NCBI RefSeq assembly: GCF_000143415.4
Contig: NW_003314281.1
Coordinates: 1,899,882-1,963,881, forward strand
Direction of reading: 5' to 3'
Source: Selaginella moellendorffii
Taxonomy: Eukaryota > Plantae > Lycopodiophyta
DNA length: 64,000 nt
Below are positions 48,041-61,161 of this stretch, piece by piece. The notes beneath the pieces were generated by a model, which did not search any database, was not told the DNA's origin, and saw only the letters and a program-made list of their open reading frames with translations. The position numbers and the translations under genes are program-made. How positions within the stretch are numbered: the stretch's first letter is position 1; each line of letters begins with the position of its first letter.

Positions 48041-48663
48041 CTCGCTCACGCACGAATACTTGGAATGCGAGACCCACAAATTTTCATCCAGCGACACAAA
48101 AGTCTCCAACCAATTCTTCTCTTCCGCATTCCCTTATTTCTTGCTCTTTTGTTGGCCAGAAAGAAGTAGAAACAACACATGTTGCGATTCCTGGGCTGCT
48201 GTTAGCCACATCGTCCTATTCGACTCAACCGTCTTCAAGGTCAAATAGCTCTGACACATTTGACCAAGTCAAACCAATTGCACACTCCCGTTGCCCCGAT
48301 CGTTTTTCAGTTTGACCATGACGGCCACATTTCAAGGTACGTATGTTATGAAGGACGTAAGGGGATACTATACCATTTCTCAAAATAAATGACTTGTACT
48401 TATTGCTGCAATACTTTAGCGTTGGAATCCTTGTTTGTGTCGCACCATCTTTTCTCTTAGTTGAATGATAGTTGATAATTGAAAGTTTATATTCCTGCTT
48501 TGGAATGGTTTTCTCCTCGACTTAGACTTCAAGATCACCATCTCTACGTTCTTGGACTCAGTCTCTCAGACTATAACACATGGGGTGAAAACCCAAAGTG
48601 TTTGTCTCCCTGGGGTGTGAGAGGGAAAAGGAGCTGGAGGTATGTATTGTCAATGAAAACTTA

Positions 48664-51660
48664 TCAGATCTCATGCTGCCATCGCTGTAGATAATGCTCG
48701 TCCATGGTGGAATGCTCCCGATGTTTGATGGGAAGCGGAATGCCACACTGGCTATACAACTTGGCCATCAAAACATAGGCTGCAGAATCACTCTCGTCCA
48801 GCTCCACCATCCTCTGGAACGCAGCCCTTCCATTCTCCAAATCCTTCCACTCAATGCAAGCGCATAACACCGTCTTCCACACCATTGAGTCGGGCTCCAC
48901 CAGCATGCTCTCGGCCACAGCCACGCTCTCCTCCACAAGGTTTGCTCGTCCAAGTAGATCCACCACGCAGTTGTAGTGCTCCACGCCGGGAGCAATGCCG
49001 TAATCTCTTGCCATGGCCTCCAAGTAGCACTTGCCATCTTCCACCAGTCCTGAGTGGCTGCAAGCGCTTAGAAGCCACAGGAAAGTCGCGCCGTCAGGAG
49101 CTACCGATCGATCCTTCGTCATCCTCTCAAAAGTTTCAAGTACTGACTTGGAGTCCCCGCACTGGCTGTATCCCGCAAGAAGATTGTTCCAGATGATCAC
49201 TGGAAGAACAAGGTGCTGCTGCCTCTGGATTGATGCAAAAACCTCCTCTGCCTCGGCCATGCTTCCACACTTCCCGTAAAAGACAATGAGTGCGTTGGCC
49301 AGAAGAACACAGTCGCTGGGCCCAGCCTCGCGAATGCTGGCATGAATCTTTCTCCCGACCTCGAGCAATGCAAGTATCGTGCATGCCTTGAGTGCCGGCA
49401 AGAAAGTTTGAGCGTTTGGTGCTGGATCTTCTTGCTGCTGCTGCAAGCGCTGGAAGAGCTCCAAAGCCGTGTGGCTCTCCCCAGCCTCGACGTAGCCACT
49501 GATGATCGCATTCCACGATACTATACTTCGCTGCTGCATCCCTTCAAAAACCCATCTCGCCATGTACATGCACTTGCACTTTGAGTACATGTCCACCAGA
49601 GTGTTGGCCACGAATATATCTGCCTCAAATCCCAGCTTTGCTGCTCGAGAGTGAAGTTCCATCCCTGTTTCCAGCCACCTCTGCTGCTGCTGCTGCTGCT
49701 GTCCAGTAAGTTTCTTAGTCTTCTCTCCTTTGCTGGCAAGGCCTGAGCACGCACTTAAAGCCGCAATGAAAGCCCGAGAGTCCGGTTCCACACCTTCGTC
49801 TTGCATCCTCTGGAACAAATCCAGAGCCATCTTGCCTTCACCACCTTCCGCAAGCGCCATTATCATCGAAGTCCACAGCACCGAGCTTCGATGCCTCGTC
49901 ACGAAAAAGACACGCTCAGCATCACCAAGGCTGCCACACTTCGCGTACATGTTGATAAGCGAAGTTGCCACAAACGAGTTGGAGTCATCACCAGATCTTC
50001 GAGCTCGAGAGTGAACAGCCATGCCTCTCTCCAAGCTCAAAACTTTCACCAGTATTGTTCCATCGCCTGGAAAACCCGCTGGCTCTTCCTTCTCCGCCAG
50101 ACTTGTGCAGGCCATGAGCGCTGGAAGATAAGCCTGAGCGTCAGTCGCGAAGCCTTCAGCTAGCATCGCTTCAAAGTACTTTAAAGAAAGCCCGCCTTCA
50201 TGGTTCTCCATATATCCCGAGACCATAGCAGTCCACGAAACCACACTATGCCTTTGCATGCTATCGAAAACCAGCCGCGCGTTGTCCATGCTTCCACATT
50301 TCGCGTACATGTCCACCAGCGTGTTTGCCACAAAAATGTTTGTACTGTGCCCGAGCTCCGCAAGCATAGCATGCAAAGCCATGCCTGTTTCCAGCCACCT
50401 GACTTTAAGATCTCGTCCTTGGAGTCTCTGGCTTTCCTCCTTGGCTGCAAGGCTTGAACAGGCCCTCAAGACAGCGACGATAGTTCTTGAGTCCGGTGCC
50501 AAGCTTTCCACCTGCAGCATGCGAGAGAAAACCTCCAAGGCCGCTTCATCTTCTTTGCTTTCCACGAATCCCAGAAGCAAAGCAGTCCACAGCACCACGT
50601 CGCGTTCTCTCATCTTCTCAAAGACCCGACTAGCGTCCACCATGCTCCTGCACTTCGCATACAAGGTGATCAGGGTGCTCCCAACGAAGAGGTTTGCAGG
50701 GAGATTTCCTCCAAGTAGTTTGTGAAGTACCATGCCTCTTTCCAAACTGACCACCTTGACAAGTTTTCCCTGCAGAAGTTTTGCGCTTTCTCTAGCTGCC
50801 AGACTCGTGCAGGCAATGGCTGCCGCGAGGAATGTCCGAGCATCCGGCTCACCACCTCTAGTGCGTTGCATGCGAGAAAAGAGCTCGAGAGCCACCTCGC
50901 CTTGATCGCTCTCTGCATATCCAAGGATCATTACGTTCCAAGACGACACACTGCGGTCTTGGATCCTGTCAAAAACCCGTCGAGCGTCTTCCAGAGATCC
51001 ACACTTCACGTAAAAGTCGAGTAGCGTGCTTGCCAGAAACCGGTTAGACTCGAGGTCACTCCTGGAAAGCTCTGAGTGAAAAGCCATTGCTCTCTCCAGA
51101 GAGACCACTTTCACCATTTTTCCAGCCAGCTCCCTGCCGTCTTCTCCCGCTGCCAAGCCGGCGCAGGCACCAAGAACAGCCACGAAGGTTCTCGCGTCCG
51201 GCTGGAAGCCTTGATCCAGCATGGTGGAGAAAAGTTTCAGTGCCAAATCCTTTTCTCCACTCCGAGAATAAGCCTTGATGATCGCATTCCAGGACACCAC
51301 GGTTCGCTGCTCCATGTCGTCGAAAACTCGCCGAGCTTCGTCCAGGCTCCCACATCTGGCGTACATGTCGATGGACGTGTTCGCCAGGAAAACGTTCCCA
51401 TCTCGTCCACATTTGGCGAGCACCTGTTCAAGTTCCTCCTTACTGCTGCAAGACTTTAGCGTCGCGAGGAGCGCTGGAATGCTCCTTCGTGTCGTGCTAT
51501 CTTTTCTCTTCAAGTTGCCGTTAGAGTTGAATGCTCGGTGATCATCAAAGCTACAAGTTTCCCCGGGTTGCGAGTTTGTACTCCCGCATCTGCGACGCTC
51601 GGAGAGAGCATTGGAATTGTTTTCTCTCAACGATACATCTAGCAAAGAACAAGGAAACAT
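48664..51660 (-). CDS. PLS-class PPR protein (998 aa) with extended L motifs and a partial E domain, no DYW; true start uncertain
   Basis: Repeated P-L-S triplets (DMYAKCGS..ARxVF..M..RSVVSW); HYNCVVDLLGRA; WKTVLCAC; AYVLMAKLY. Confidence 0.93.
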   Translation of the reverse strand: MFPCSLLDVSLRENNSNALSERRRCGSTNSQPGETCSFDDHRAFNSNGNLKRKDSTTRRSIPALLATLKSCSSKEELEQVLAKCGRDGNVFLANTSIDMYARCGSLDEARRVFDDMEQRTVVSWNAIIKAYSRSGEKDLALKLFSTMLDQGFQPDARTFVAVLGACAGLAAGEDGRELAGKMVKVVSLERAMAFHSELSRSDLESNRFLASTLLDFYVKCGSLEDARRVFDRIQDRSVSSWNVMILGYAESDQGEVALELFSRMQRTRGGEPDARTFLAAAIACTSLAARESAKLLQGKLVKVVSLERGMVLHKLLGGNLPANLFVGSTLITLYAKCRSMVDASRVFEKMRERDVVLWTALLLGFVESKEDEAALEVFSRMLQVESLAPDSRTIVAVLRACSSLAAKEESQRLQGRDLKVRWLETGMALHAMLAELGHSTNIFVANTLVDMYAKCGSMDNARLVFDSMQRHSVVSWTAMVSGYMENHEGGLSLKYFEAMLAEGFATDAQAYLPALMACTSLAEKEEPAGFPGDGTILVKVLSLERGMAVHSRARRSGDDSNSFVATSLINMYAKCGSLGDAERVFFVTRHRSSVLWTSMIMALAEGGEGKMALDLFQRMQDEGVEPDSRAFIAALSACSGLASKGEKTKKLTGQQQQQQQRWLETGMELHSRAAKLGFEADIFVANTLVDMYSKCKCMYMARWVFEGMQQRSIVSWNAIISGYVEAGESHTALELFQRLQQQQEDPAPNAQTFLPALKACTILALLEVGRKIHASIREAGPSDCVLLANALIVFYGKCGSMAEAEEVFASIQRQQHLVLPVIIWNNLLAGYSQCGDSKSVLETFERMTKDRSVAPDGATFLWLLSACSHSGLVEDGKCYLEAMARDYGIAPGVEHYNCVVDLLGRANLVEESVAVAESMLVEPDSMVWKTVLCACIEWKDLENGRAAFQRMVELDESDSAAYVLMAKLYSQCGIPLPIKHREHSTMDEHYLQRWQHEI

Positions 51661-53110
51661 GACTTAGAGAGCTCTGTCGAATTTAAAAGCCTTGGTTGAA
51701 CGTACCTCTCAAGGAAATTCCCTTGCCTGCCGAAGCTACCATGTAGTTCCTTCCATCGCTCCAGAATGCTACTGCTTATACGAACATTGGGATTTTCTTT
51801 GAATACCTCGAAGAAAAACCACTCTGGACGAGACTTGCAGATGGGAATCTTCTGATGGCAGTGGCAAAGAGGAGCTCCAGGAATCGCGAACAATCCAAAC
51901 CCCAAAGAACCCTAGAATAGTGCCTACATTTTTTCAAATCACTTGGCCAGGCGCTGTGACGATGGACGCACACGCAGCGAATTTCGTTTACTTTCTTAGA
52001 GAGCTGGTTTTCACCATGTCCAACTCAAGGGGAAAGGACACAGGAAGATTTCAAAAGTCTCCAAAGCTACAAATGTTACAATCCTGGCTGCGAGAACGAG
52101 TAGTCAGGATTTACAATGTACTTCCCTTTTTCCGAGCAGAAAAATGATAAGTTCACATAAAAAAAACTGAAAATTGCGCCACCATCTTAGCACAAATGTA
52201 TGGAGACCCACAAATTTTCATCCAGCGAATCAAAAGTCTCCGAAGCAAGCCACATCTTCCACAAAAATGGCGGAGGTGCTCGAGCACAAAGCATTCCACT
52301 GGATCTTCGGACTTCAAGAATTTTAGTGTTTTTAGTGTAAATCAATGCCGTCGTCATAAAAAAATCCATAAGTCTTTAGGAAAAAAAAAAAAGAACTAAA
52401 GAAACAAGGAAAGAACACATACCTAAATAAATAGAAAGGGGTCTGCCGTTAAAAAGAATGTTGGCAAAACTAAGAAAACATACCGGTGGTAACTTTGGAG
52501 GAGAAGTGACACCATCAGGCCTGTGTTGCTCCACGTACTTGCCAAAGTGAAGCAGAGACACTTTGCTCGTTCTCGGTAGCCTTGCCTCGATCAGCTTGGA
52601 CAACATAGCCTTTGCGTTTAGGAGGCGTGCATTCTCCCTTGTTGCATCATTCCAAGCACAACCACAAACATTACAGAACGTCACCCATTCTCGTAACGCT
52701 AGCCCTAGTTCCGCACATCTGGAAGTTGGCCCAAGCTGACGATCCGAGGCCCACGACCCTTACGGTATTGTCGCAGAGCCTTCGCAAGTAAGGGTGCGAG
52801 CATCTAGATCGCTCTCACACGAGTCGCGGTAGATTTCAGCGACCATCCTGATGCAGTCATAGACAAGGAACAGTTACGCTTCATCTTCATTTCGGAGTGC
52901 AGCGCCTCGCGTGCATCAACCCAAGCTCTCGAAGTCTTGGTACTGCAGCACATCACACCAGGTACCTGCCGACGAGTACTCCACACGCCACCTTTTTCAT
53001 CGCATCCAAGAAGAGTTCCTTGCCCGTATAGAAGCTCCGCCACATACAGCATCCTTGAAACAACCCAGTTGACCTAAAATTTGAAGGATAATGCAGCTTT
53101 AACTCATACT

Positions 53111-53118
53111 GACGTGGC
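53111..53118 (+). promoter_or_regulatory. ABRE (GACGTGGC) upstream of OEP16
   Basis: ACGTGGC consensus ~340 bp upstream of the ATG; function inferred. Confidence 0.45.
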
Positions 53119-53456
53119 AGTTTAGCTAGCCGAAGAGCAACGTCCTTTCAAATCACTAGGGCTTTTGGCGATCGCGGTGGAGGCGCTGCGACGATGGGCG
53201 CACACGAATCAATCCGCGAGCTCCATCTCTTTTCGCGCTGAGCTTCACAGCTTGCAGAGCTTTCTCTAAAGGTACGCCGATCAAACTTTCGGTTTGCCAT
53301 CGATTCGATTCCATCGCTCACAAGCACAATGCGCGCAGGGGAATTTCGTTTCCTCTCGTCGTCAAGAGCTCGAGAGAAGATCGTCTCTGCTAGTTCTCGA
53401 GGGCTTCTTTTTTCTTTTTCCGTTCGTTTATCCTGCCAAGTTAGCTGGTTTTCACC

Positions 53457-54441
53457 ATGTCGAAGCCAAGGGGAAAAGCCATGTTTGATACAGGGAATCC
53501 TATGCTCAACAGTGTAGTGGATGGATTCATCAAAGTTGGAGGAGTAAGTATCGAAAAACTTTCCTTTCTTTTTTTTTACGCCCGCTGTTCTAGTTTGAGA
53601 CGAAGTGTTTGACAAAGAATTTTGGCAGGTTGGGGCAATTCAAGCAGCATCCAAGGAGTCATATCGGATTTTAGTCCATGGTATACATTGATTTTCTCTA
53701 GGAGAATGAAGCTTACTCTCCTTTGTTCTTTCTTTCCTGGCCACTTTAAACTGACGATATTCTTGACTTTGCAGACGATACGAACAGCAGAAGATCTGTT
53801 GAGAGAGCGGTATGTCAATTTGTCCATCATTTACTCAACCCGGAGGAAGAGGAGGAAACCACAGCTGTTACTTCCTCAACCTTTGTTTCGTTCGTTTAAG
53901 TTCTCTAAGACTCGTTTTTAGTTCCCTTTTGTTTTGTGCTTCATTGCTTTGTCTTTGTATATTTTTCTTTGTTCTTGTGGCTTCAGTGATGCGGGATAGA
54001 AGTCGAGATGTCTTTCTCTCAAAGCATTGACAAAGCTTTTCCGGTTTTTGCAGGTCCAACGTATGGGCCGAGACTCGGTGAACTGGGGTACGTTTTCTAA
54101 GATTTTTCTCTTCGTTTAACTCCGTGACGACTTTGATCCAACCAGGTCTAGCTGCTGGCATGTACACTGGGGTTTCTTACGGGATCCAAGAAGCCAGAGG
54201 CGTCAATGACTGGGTAACTCTCAAGAAATCCTCGAAAACTTAAAAGCAGAGGTATAAAACGAGCTCTCGATGATTGTTTTGACGCTTTGTTTTCCAGAAA
54301 AACGCCGTTTTAGCAGGAGCTGTGACCGGAGCGGCCATAACTCTAGCCAATCCCAGACCTCGACAAGACCACGTCGTTCACAATATGATCACGGGAGGAG
54401 CCATTGCCACCGCAGCCGAGATCATACGAAACTTATGCTGA
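53457..54441 (+). CDS. OEP16: Plastid outer envelope pore protein OEP16 (Tim17/22/23 family); 6 exons
   Basis: FDTGNPMLNSVVDGFIKVGG, WGLAAGMYTGVSYGIQEARGVNDWKNAVLAGAVTGA, ITGGAIATAAE. Confidence 0.92.
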
Positions 54442-54675
54442 CACGGAGGAGGCGAGAGAAAAGGAGTGACAAAGTTTGACAATCCACGGGCATCACGATC
54501 GATCCACCACTTTGTTTCCAACTCGCCATCGTTCTTCCCGGCAGAACTTACGTGTTTTTCTAGCATGAATCCATCGTTTTTTCTTTTCTAGAGGTGTTCT
54601 TCCGGGGAAACAAACTCAGGTTTTATTTCATAGCTTTCTACTAGAGCACAGGCTATGGAGCAAAGCCAAGCTTTC

Positions 54676-55341
54676 CTAGAGAGTTGGCTGCTCCACGAGA
54701 CGGATGTAGGCCTTGCCAGATGGAACTTTGACGGTGTCGAATCCTTTTGGAAACATCTCCTTGGCCTTCTCGTCCGAGATAGTGGGAAGAATCATACACT
54801 TCCTCCCATTCTCCCAGTTCGCGGGCGTGGCCACGCTAAACTTATCCGTGAGCTGCAGGGAATCGATCACGCGCACGAGCTCGCTAAAGTTCCTGCCCGT
54901 ACTGGCCGGGTAGAGGATAGACAGCCGTACCCTCTTGTCCGGGCCAATCACGAAGCACGCGCGACACGTCAGCGGCATCCCCGCGGCATCCTTCTCCACG
55001 GGGTCGAGCATCCCGAATCGGACGGCCAGATCGCGGCTTGGGTCGGCGACGATAGGGTATTTCACCTTGGTCTCCGGGCAGTAGCTCTCGATGTCGCCCA
55101 GCCACTCGCGGTGGGAATTCACGTCATTGCAGCTGAGAGCAATCACCTTGACGCCGCGGCGATCGAATTCGTGGATGCGCGACGCCAGGGAGCCCAGCTC
55201 CGACGTGCACACGGGCGTGAAATCGCTGGGGTGGGAGAGGAGAATCGCCCAGCTGCCGTTGATATACTCGTGGAATTTGATGGTTCCCATTGTGGATTCC
55301 GCCTTGAAATCCGGCACAATGTCGCCCAAATTCAGACCCAT
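54676..55341 (-). CDS. PER1: 1-Cys peroxiredoxin (rehydrin type), intronless
   Basis: GLNLGDIVPDF, SHPSDFTPVCTSELG, LYPASTGRNF, VATPANW. Confidence 0.96.
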   Translation of the reverse strand: MGLNLGDIVPDFKAESTMGTIKFHEYINGSWAILLSHPSDFTPVCTSELGSLASRIHEFDRRGVKVIALSCNDVNSHREWLGDIESYCPETKVKYPIVADPSRDLAVRFGMLDPVEKDAAGMPLTCRACFVIGPDKRVRLSILYPASTGRNFSELVRVIDSLQLTDKFSVATPANWENGRKCMILPTISDEKAKEMFPKGFDTVKVPSGKAYIRLVEQPTL

Positions 55342-55403
55342 TTTCCCCTCCTCTCTCCTCTTTCTTCGCAAGAACCCTAAACCTTTGCAGTGCCTCTGAG
55401 TGG

Positions 55404-55439
55404 CTTTTATATCCTAGCCGCTCAAGTGGGACACGTGGG
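55404..55439 (-). promoter_or_regulatory. PER1 core promoter: G-box/ABRE (CCACGTGTC) and TATA box (TATAAAA)
   Basis: On the minus strand CCACGTGTC at 55430-55438 and TATAAAA at 55404-55410, ~63 bp upstream of the ATG. Confidence 0.65.
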
Positions 55440-55542
55440 CGGTGGGATGCAGGGTAGGTGCCAATAACGGCTTTCCTGTGAAAGCGGGAATATGTACGGA
55501 CGGTATAGAACGTTCCGACGAATATTCCATACCTTTAAAACT

Positions 55543-56815
55543 TTACAAAAAGTTGTTTGAGAAGAGGTCATTGGCATTTACGCGGATTTGTTCTTCGCTG
55601 CTTCCATCTGATGTTAAGAGATCACGGAGAGAGACGCTTACGCCCGGATTTGGATTTCGCGACTGGATTCTTGTGGTGAGCATTTTGTTGGCGGAGAGCC
55701 AGTCCAAAAATTTGGACCACTTGCCGCTCGCCATGGTCCCCCATTCGCCCGATGGATTGGCAAGAAAGGTCTTTGATAGGAACTCGAGGGACTCCATCAC
55801 CATGTCCAAATCATCGAGGTGCTCGGGAGCTTGTGCCTGTCGCAGCGCTTTAAAAACCGTTTTTTGCTTACAACTTCAAGCTTACCAGAAGAATTTTTGC
55901 CGAGGACTCGATGTTTGCTGTGCTGTAAGCGAATCCTTTTGCCGAAGCTCGTAAGAATCCCCTCACAACGTCTGGTTTCTCCCTGTTGGAAACATTAGGA
56001 AGAAAACGCAACGAGACGAAGGAGCTTACTCGAGAGTGTCCGGGTGAGCTATGACGACAGGAGAATAGCAGTAAGGAATCCTGATACATTGGATGGTGCT
56101 AATCAGTTGCAGGGTACTTCACAAAAGCCACAAACATACCCGTATTCCTCGAGGATAAACTCGTTTAGTTCGATGCCTTTGCGCTTCGCCTGCACACCCT
56201 CCCAAGCTCGAAAAATCCAGGTTGCGTCTGCCTTGTTTTGTAATAGAGTGTTCCAGATTCCCAACTTGTCGGGAGTAGCCTCTTCAAAATTCCCGGCACC
56301 ACCATCGGCTTGGATAAGTTTCTGGACAATTCTGCCTTCAAATCTTGCTGCGTAGGACGCATAAACCTTCCCATCCAAATCTCTAGGACGACACAATCCA
56401 CTCTGTTTTAGAGTAGCTGCACAAACAGGGAAAGATTACAAACAAGATTTCGAAAAATCCAAGTACCAATTGCGCTGAGATCATCTTGAAGAACTGCTGC
56501 TACAGCGACGAGTTTGGACCTCGCTGGAGGTAAATGATAACTTATTACAGTCTCGCTAGGTGCAAGCCCGAATGCTGCATAAACACTTCTTAGTTTCTGA
56601 AAGCACGAACCAGACCACTTACTTGCTTGTCGTGCAGAAACCTGAGAAGCTGGGGTCACTTCGTAGTTGGAAACATGGGGACTTAGAAACTCCACGGAGA
56701 TGCCTTCCTCCTTGTAGTAGCCCAACGCCTGTGCCACATAAAAGCCCACATGATTTGTGTTGGCCGTCCAGTCCAGCGCCAAAGAAACGCTTTGCAAGGT
56801 TCCTTCGGTGGCCAT
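55543..56815 (-). CDS. NMT1/THI5-like (SsuA/ThiY periplasmic-binding-fold) protein, multi-exon
   Basis: LALDWTANTNHVGFYVAQALGYYKEEGI, SETVISY, RPRDLDGKVYASY, ADATWIFRAWEG, YGIPYCYSPV, FLRASAKGF, LFSNNFL*. Confidence 0.88.
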
Positions 56816-56890
56816 GGCTGGGAGTTGCAAGAAGTAAAATTTCTTTTCAAGTCATAAGCTGAGAAGTTAACAACGTTTCATTCATACCTG

Positions 56891-58604
56891 TCAATGGACG
56901 CTGTTGACAGCAAGAGTATGAGAACAATATGGACAAGTTCCATGAAGTACATTGAAGGACCTGACACCGCGCCGTTCGTCAAGAAACCGTAAGAGAACGC
57001 AATGCTTACTGTATAGTTGTGGGCAACAACGGCAACCAATCAGCTAGACATATTGTGTGGAACGCTTGGCCACAGCTTGGATTGTTACAAACATGATCCG
57101 GTATGCCGTCCTCTGTGTAACATAACAACGCAGTAAAACAGCAGTTACCAACACGAGATTTTACCGTCTGGTAGTTTGTATGCGTAACATATTCCACATT
57201 CCGTTGACAGTCCTCCCAGTTGATGAGTTTCAGGAGGAGGAGGAATAGGAACTTGAAGAACGGTTTCTAGATTGTCAAGCAAGTTCTTATCTTCTGTCCT
57301 GCAGGAAAAATATCATTTTTGTTAAAAGGATCGTAAGAAAGAAAATGTTTCAGAACCATATCATGCTACTCCCAATCAATCTTTGCCTCAGTGGCGAGAC
57401 GACAGTTCCAGGGCCGAAAAAGGTGCACCTAGCAAAAGCAATTCTAAGCGTCATGTAAAAACTATCCTACCTTACTCTGGTAAAGAACGCGGAGTTGCTG
57501 GATTGATCTTGATTGATACTGAGCAGTGACCACCTGTGAAAAAGAGAGTGTGAAATTTGAACACGTAAAACAACGACAAACCCAAATAAATTCGTCTGGA
57601 GATGTCAGCTCGAGAGAGCTGAACAGGTTCATGCACCCAAGCTCTTTTGACAATGTCGTCCATCACATTCCAAAAATCTTGATAGCTATCCACGGCCTGC
57701 ATTTACATTGTTTAAAGATTAAAGTTCCAAAAGGAAAAAAGAAGAAAGAAGTTACCAACTGGAACTGTGATAGAGCATCTCTCAAACCAGCACGGGAGGT
57801 CCATTCCACAGACCACGAAGATGGAAGGTCCTACAAAAAGTTCCGGTAAAAACTAATTGGCAGGATGGGTGCTTACAGCAGTAATACTGGGTTGCGACAA
57901 TGGAAAATCTGGAGAGAAACTTAAACGTAGAGTGTGCATTCGATCTGCGCTGTCGCTGAAAAGAGAGTACTTGATTAAGAAACGTAGAAGACAATTATCT
58001 TACATCACGCGAAGCCAGAGCTTAGAGAAGTCGTCACTAATGTAAGCAATGTTCTCCCATCCCATCTCATCGATCTGAAAAAAATAAATCTAAAGTGTTT
58101 GGAAAGATAGAAGAAGAAGAAGATGCTTACCTGAGTGTAGAGCTGCGAGGGCGATAACACTGGCTTGGATTGAGCATGCAAAATACATTCCTACAACCAC
58201 AGTAAGTAAAGCCTTCGCTCGAGAAATCGAAGTAGAAAGCTTTACCATAACGCTTTTAACTTCCACACAAAACGCATCGATGTTCTTACTCTTCTGCAGC
58301 CTCTGCAAAAAAACTTTAGCATTGAAGAAAAGAGTAAGAGAGAAAACTCTTGCCACTCACATCCCAAAGAACTTCCTCAAAGCCTCGAAACATTGCGCGC
58401 ATCGGGGCGCCACACTCGATCTTTGCGTTGGATAAGGGATTAGAGCTAGGATCTACATCATGGAGGGAAAACGAGAATTCCTGGTTCTGTGAAGGAAGAA
58501 ATCGCCACTAGAAAGAAGAATCCGATTGATAAGGATACCTGGATCGAGAAGAAGACTTGAAATGCCGTGGCGCTGGTGCCAAGCGGCAGCACAGTGGGCG
58601 CCAT
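56891..58604 (-). CDS. FANCL: E3 ubiquitin ligase FANCL (ELF, DRWD and RING domains), ~12 exons
   Basis: MAPTVLP...FFSIQ|NQEFSF, LSNAKIEC, RLQKSKNIDAFCVEVK, IDEMGWENI, DFWNVMDDI..WVHEP, PRSLPEC, ECGICY...CNNPSCGQAFHTICLADWL...SFNVLHGTCPYCS. Confidence 0.93.
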
Positions 58605-58630
58605 TCTCCTCAAGAGCCCTAAGAATATGA

Positions 58631-58646
58631 AATTTTGGCGCCAATT
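58631..58646. promoter_or_regulatory. Two-way E2F-type site in the 58-bp FANCL/RecQ divergent spacer
   Basis: AATTTTGGCGCCAATT contains TTTGGCGC (+) and ATTGGCGC (-), both matching WTTSSCSS. Confidence 0.7.
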
Positions 58647-58662
58647 TTCTAGGGTGCTAGTG

Positions 58663-61007
<2,345 letters not shown>

Positions 61008-61161
61008 AAGAAAAGGTATTTACTTGATGTCAATAAATCAAGTAAGAAACCACAAGGGTAAAAAAGTGCGCTTTGTTTCAAAACATCTCCCGCGTCTTTT
61101 TGCCCTAAGATTATTCTCTTCGTTGAGCTAGGGCGCGATGAGCAGCGTCGTCTAGGGCCCG

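Noticed and set aside
52450-53090. Minus-strand ORF fragments with splice-like signals
   Set aside because: No consistent frame or motif; possibly a gene relic but unsupported.
54655-55380. 241-aa plus-strand ORF antisense to PER1 (likewise 37385-38443 and other long antisense ORFs)
   Set aside because: Shadow ORFs of GC-rich coding sequence with no independent motifs.
55400-57000. TPP riboswitch associated with the THI5-like gene
   Set aside because: No CTGAGA/ACCTGAT aptamer core found on the coding (minus) strand.
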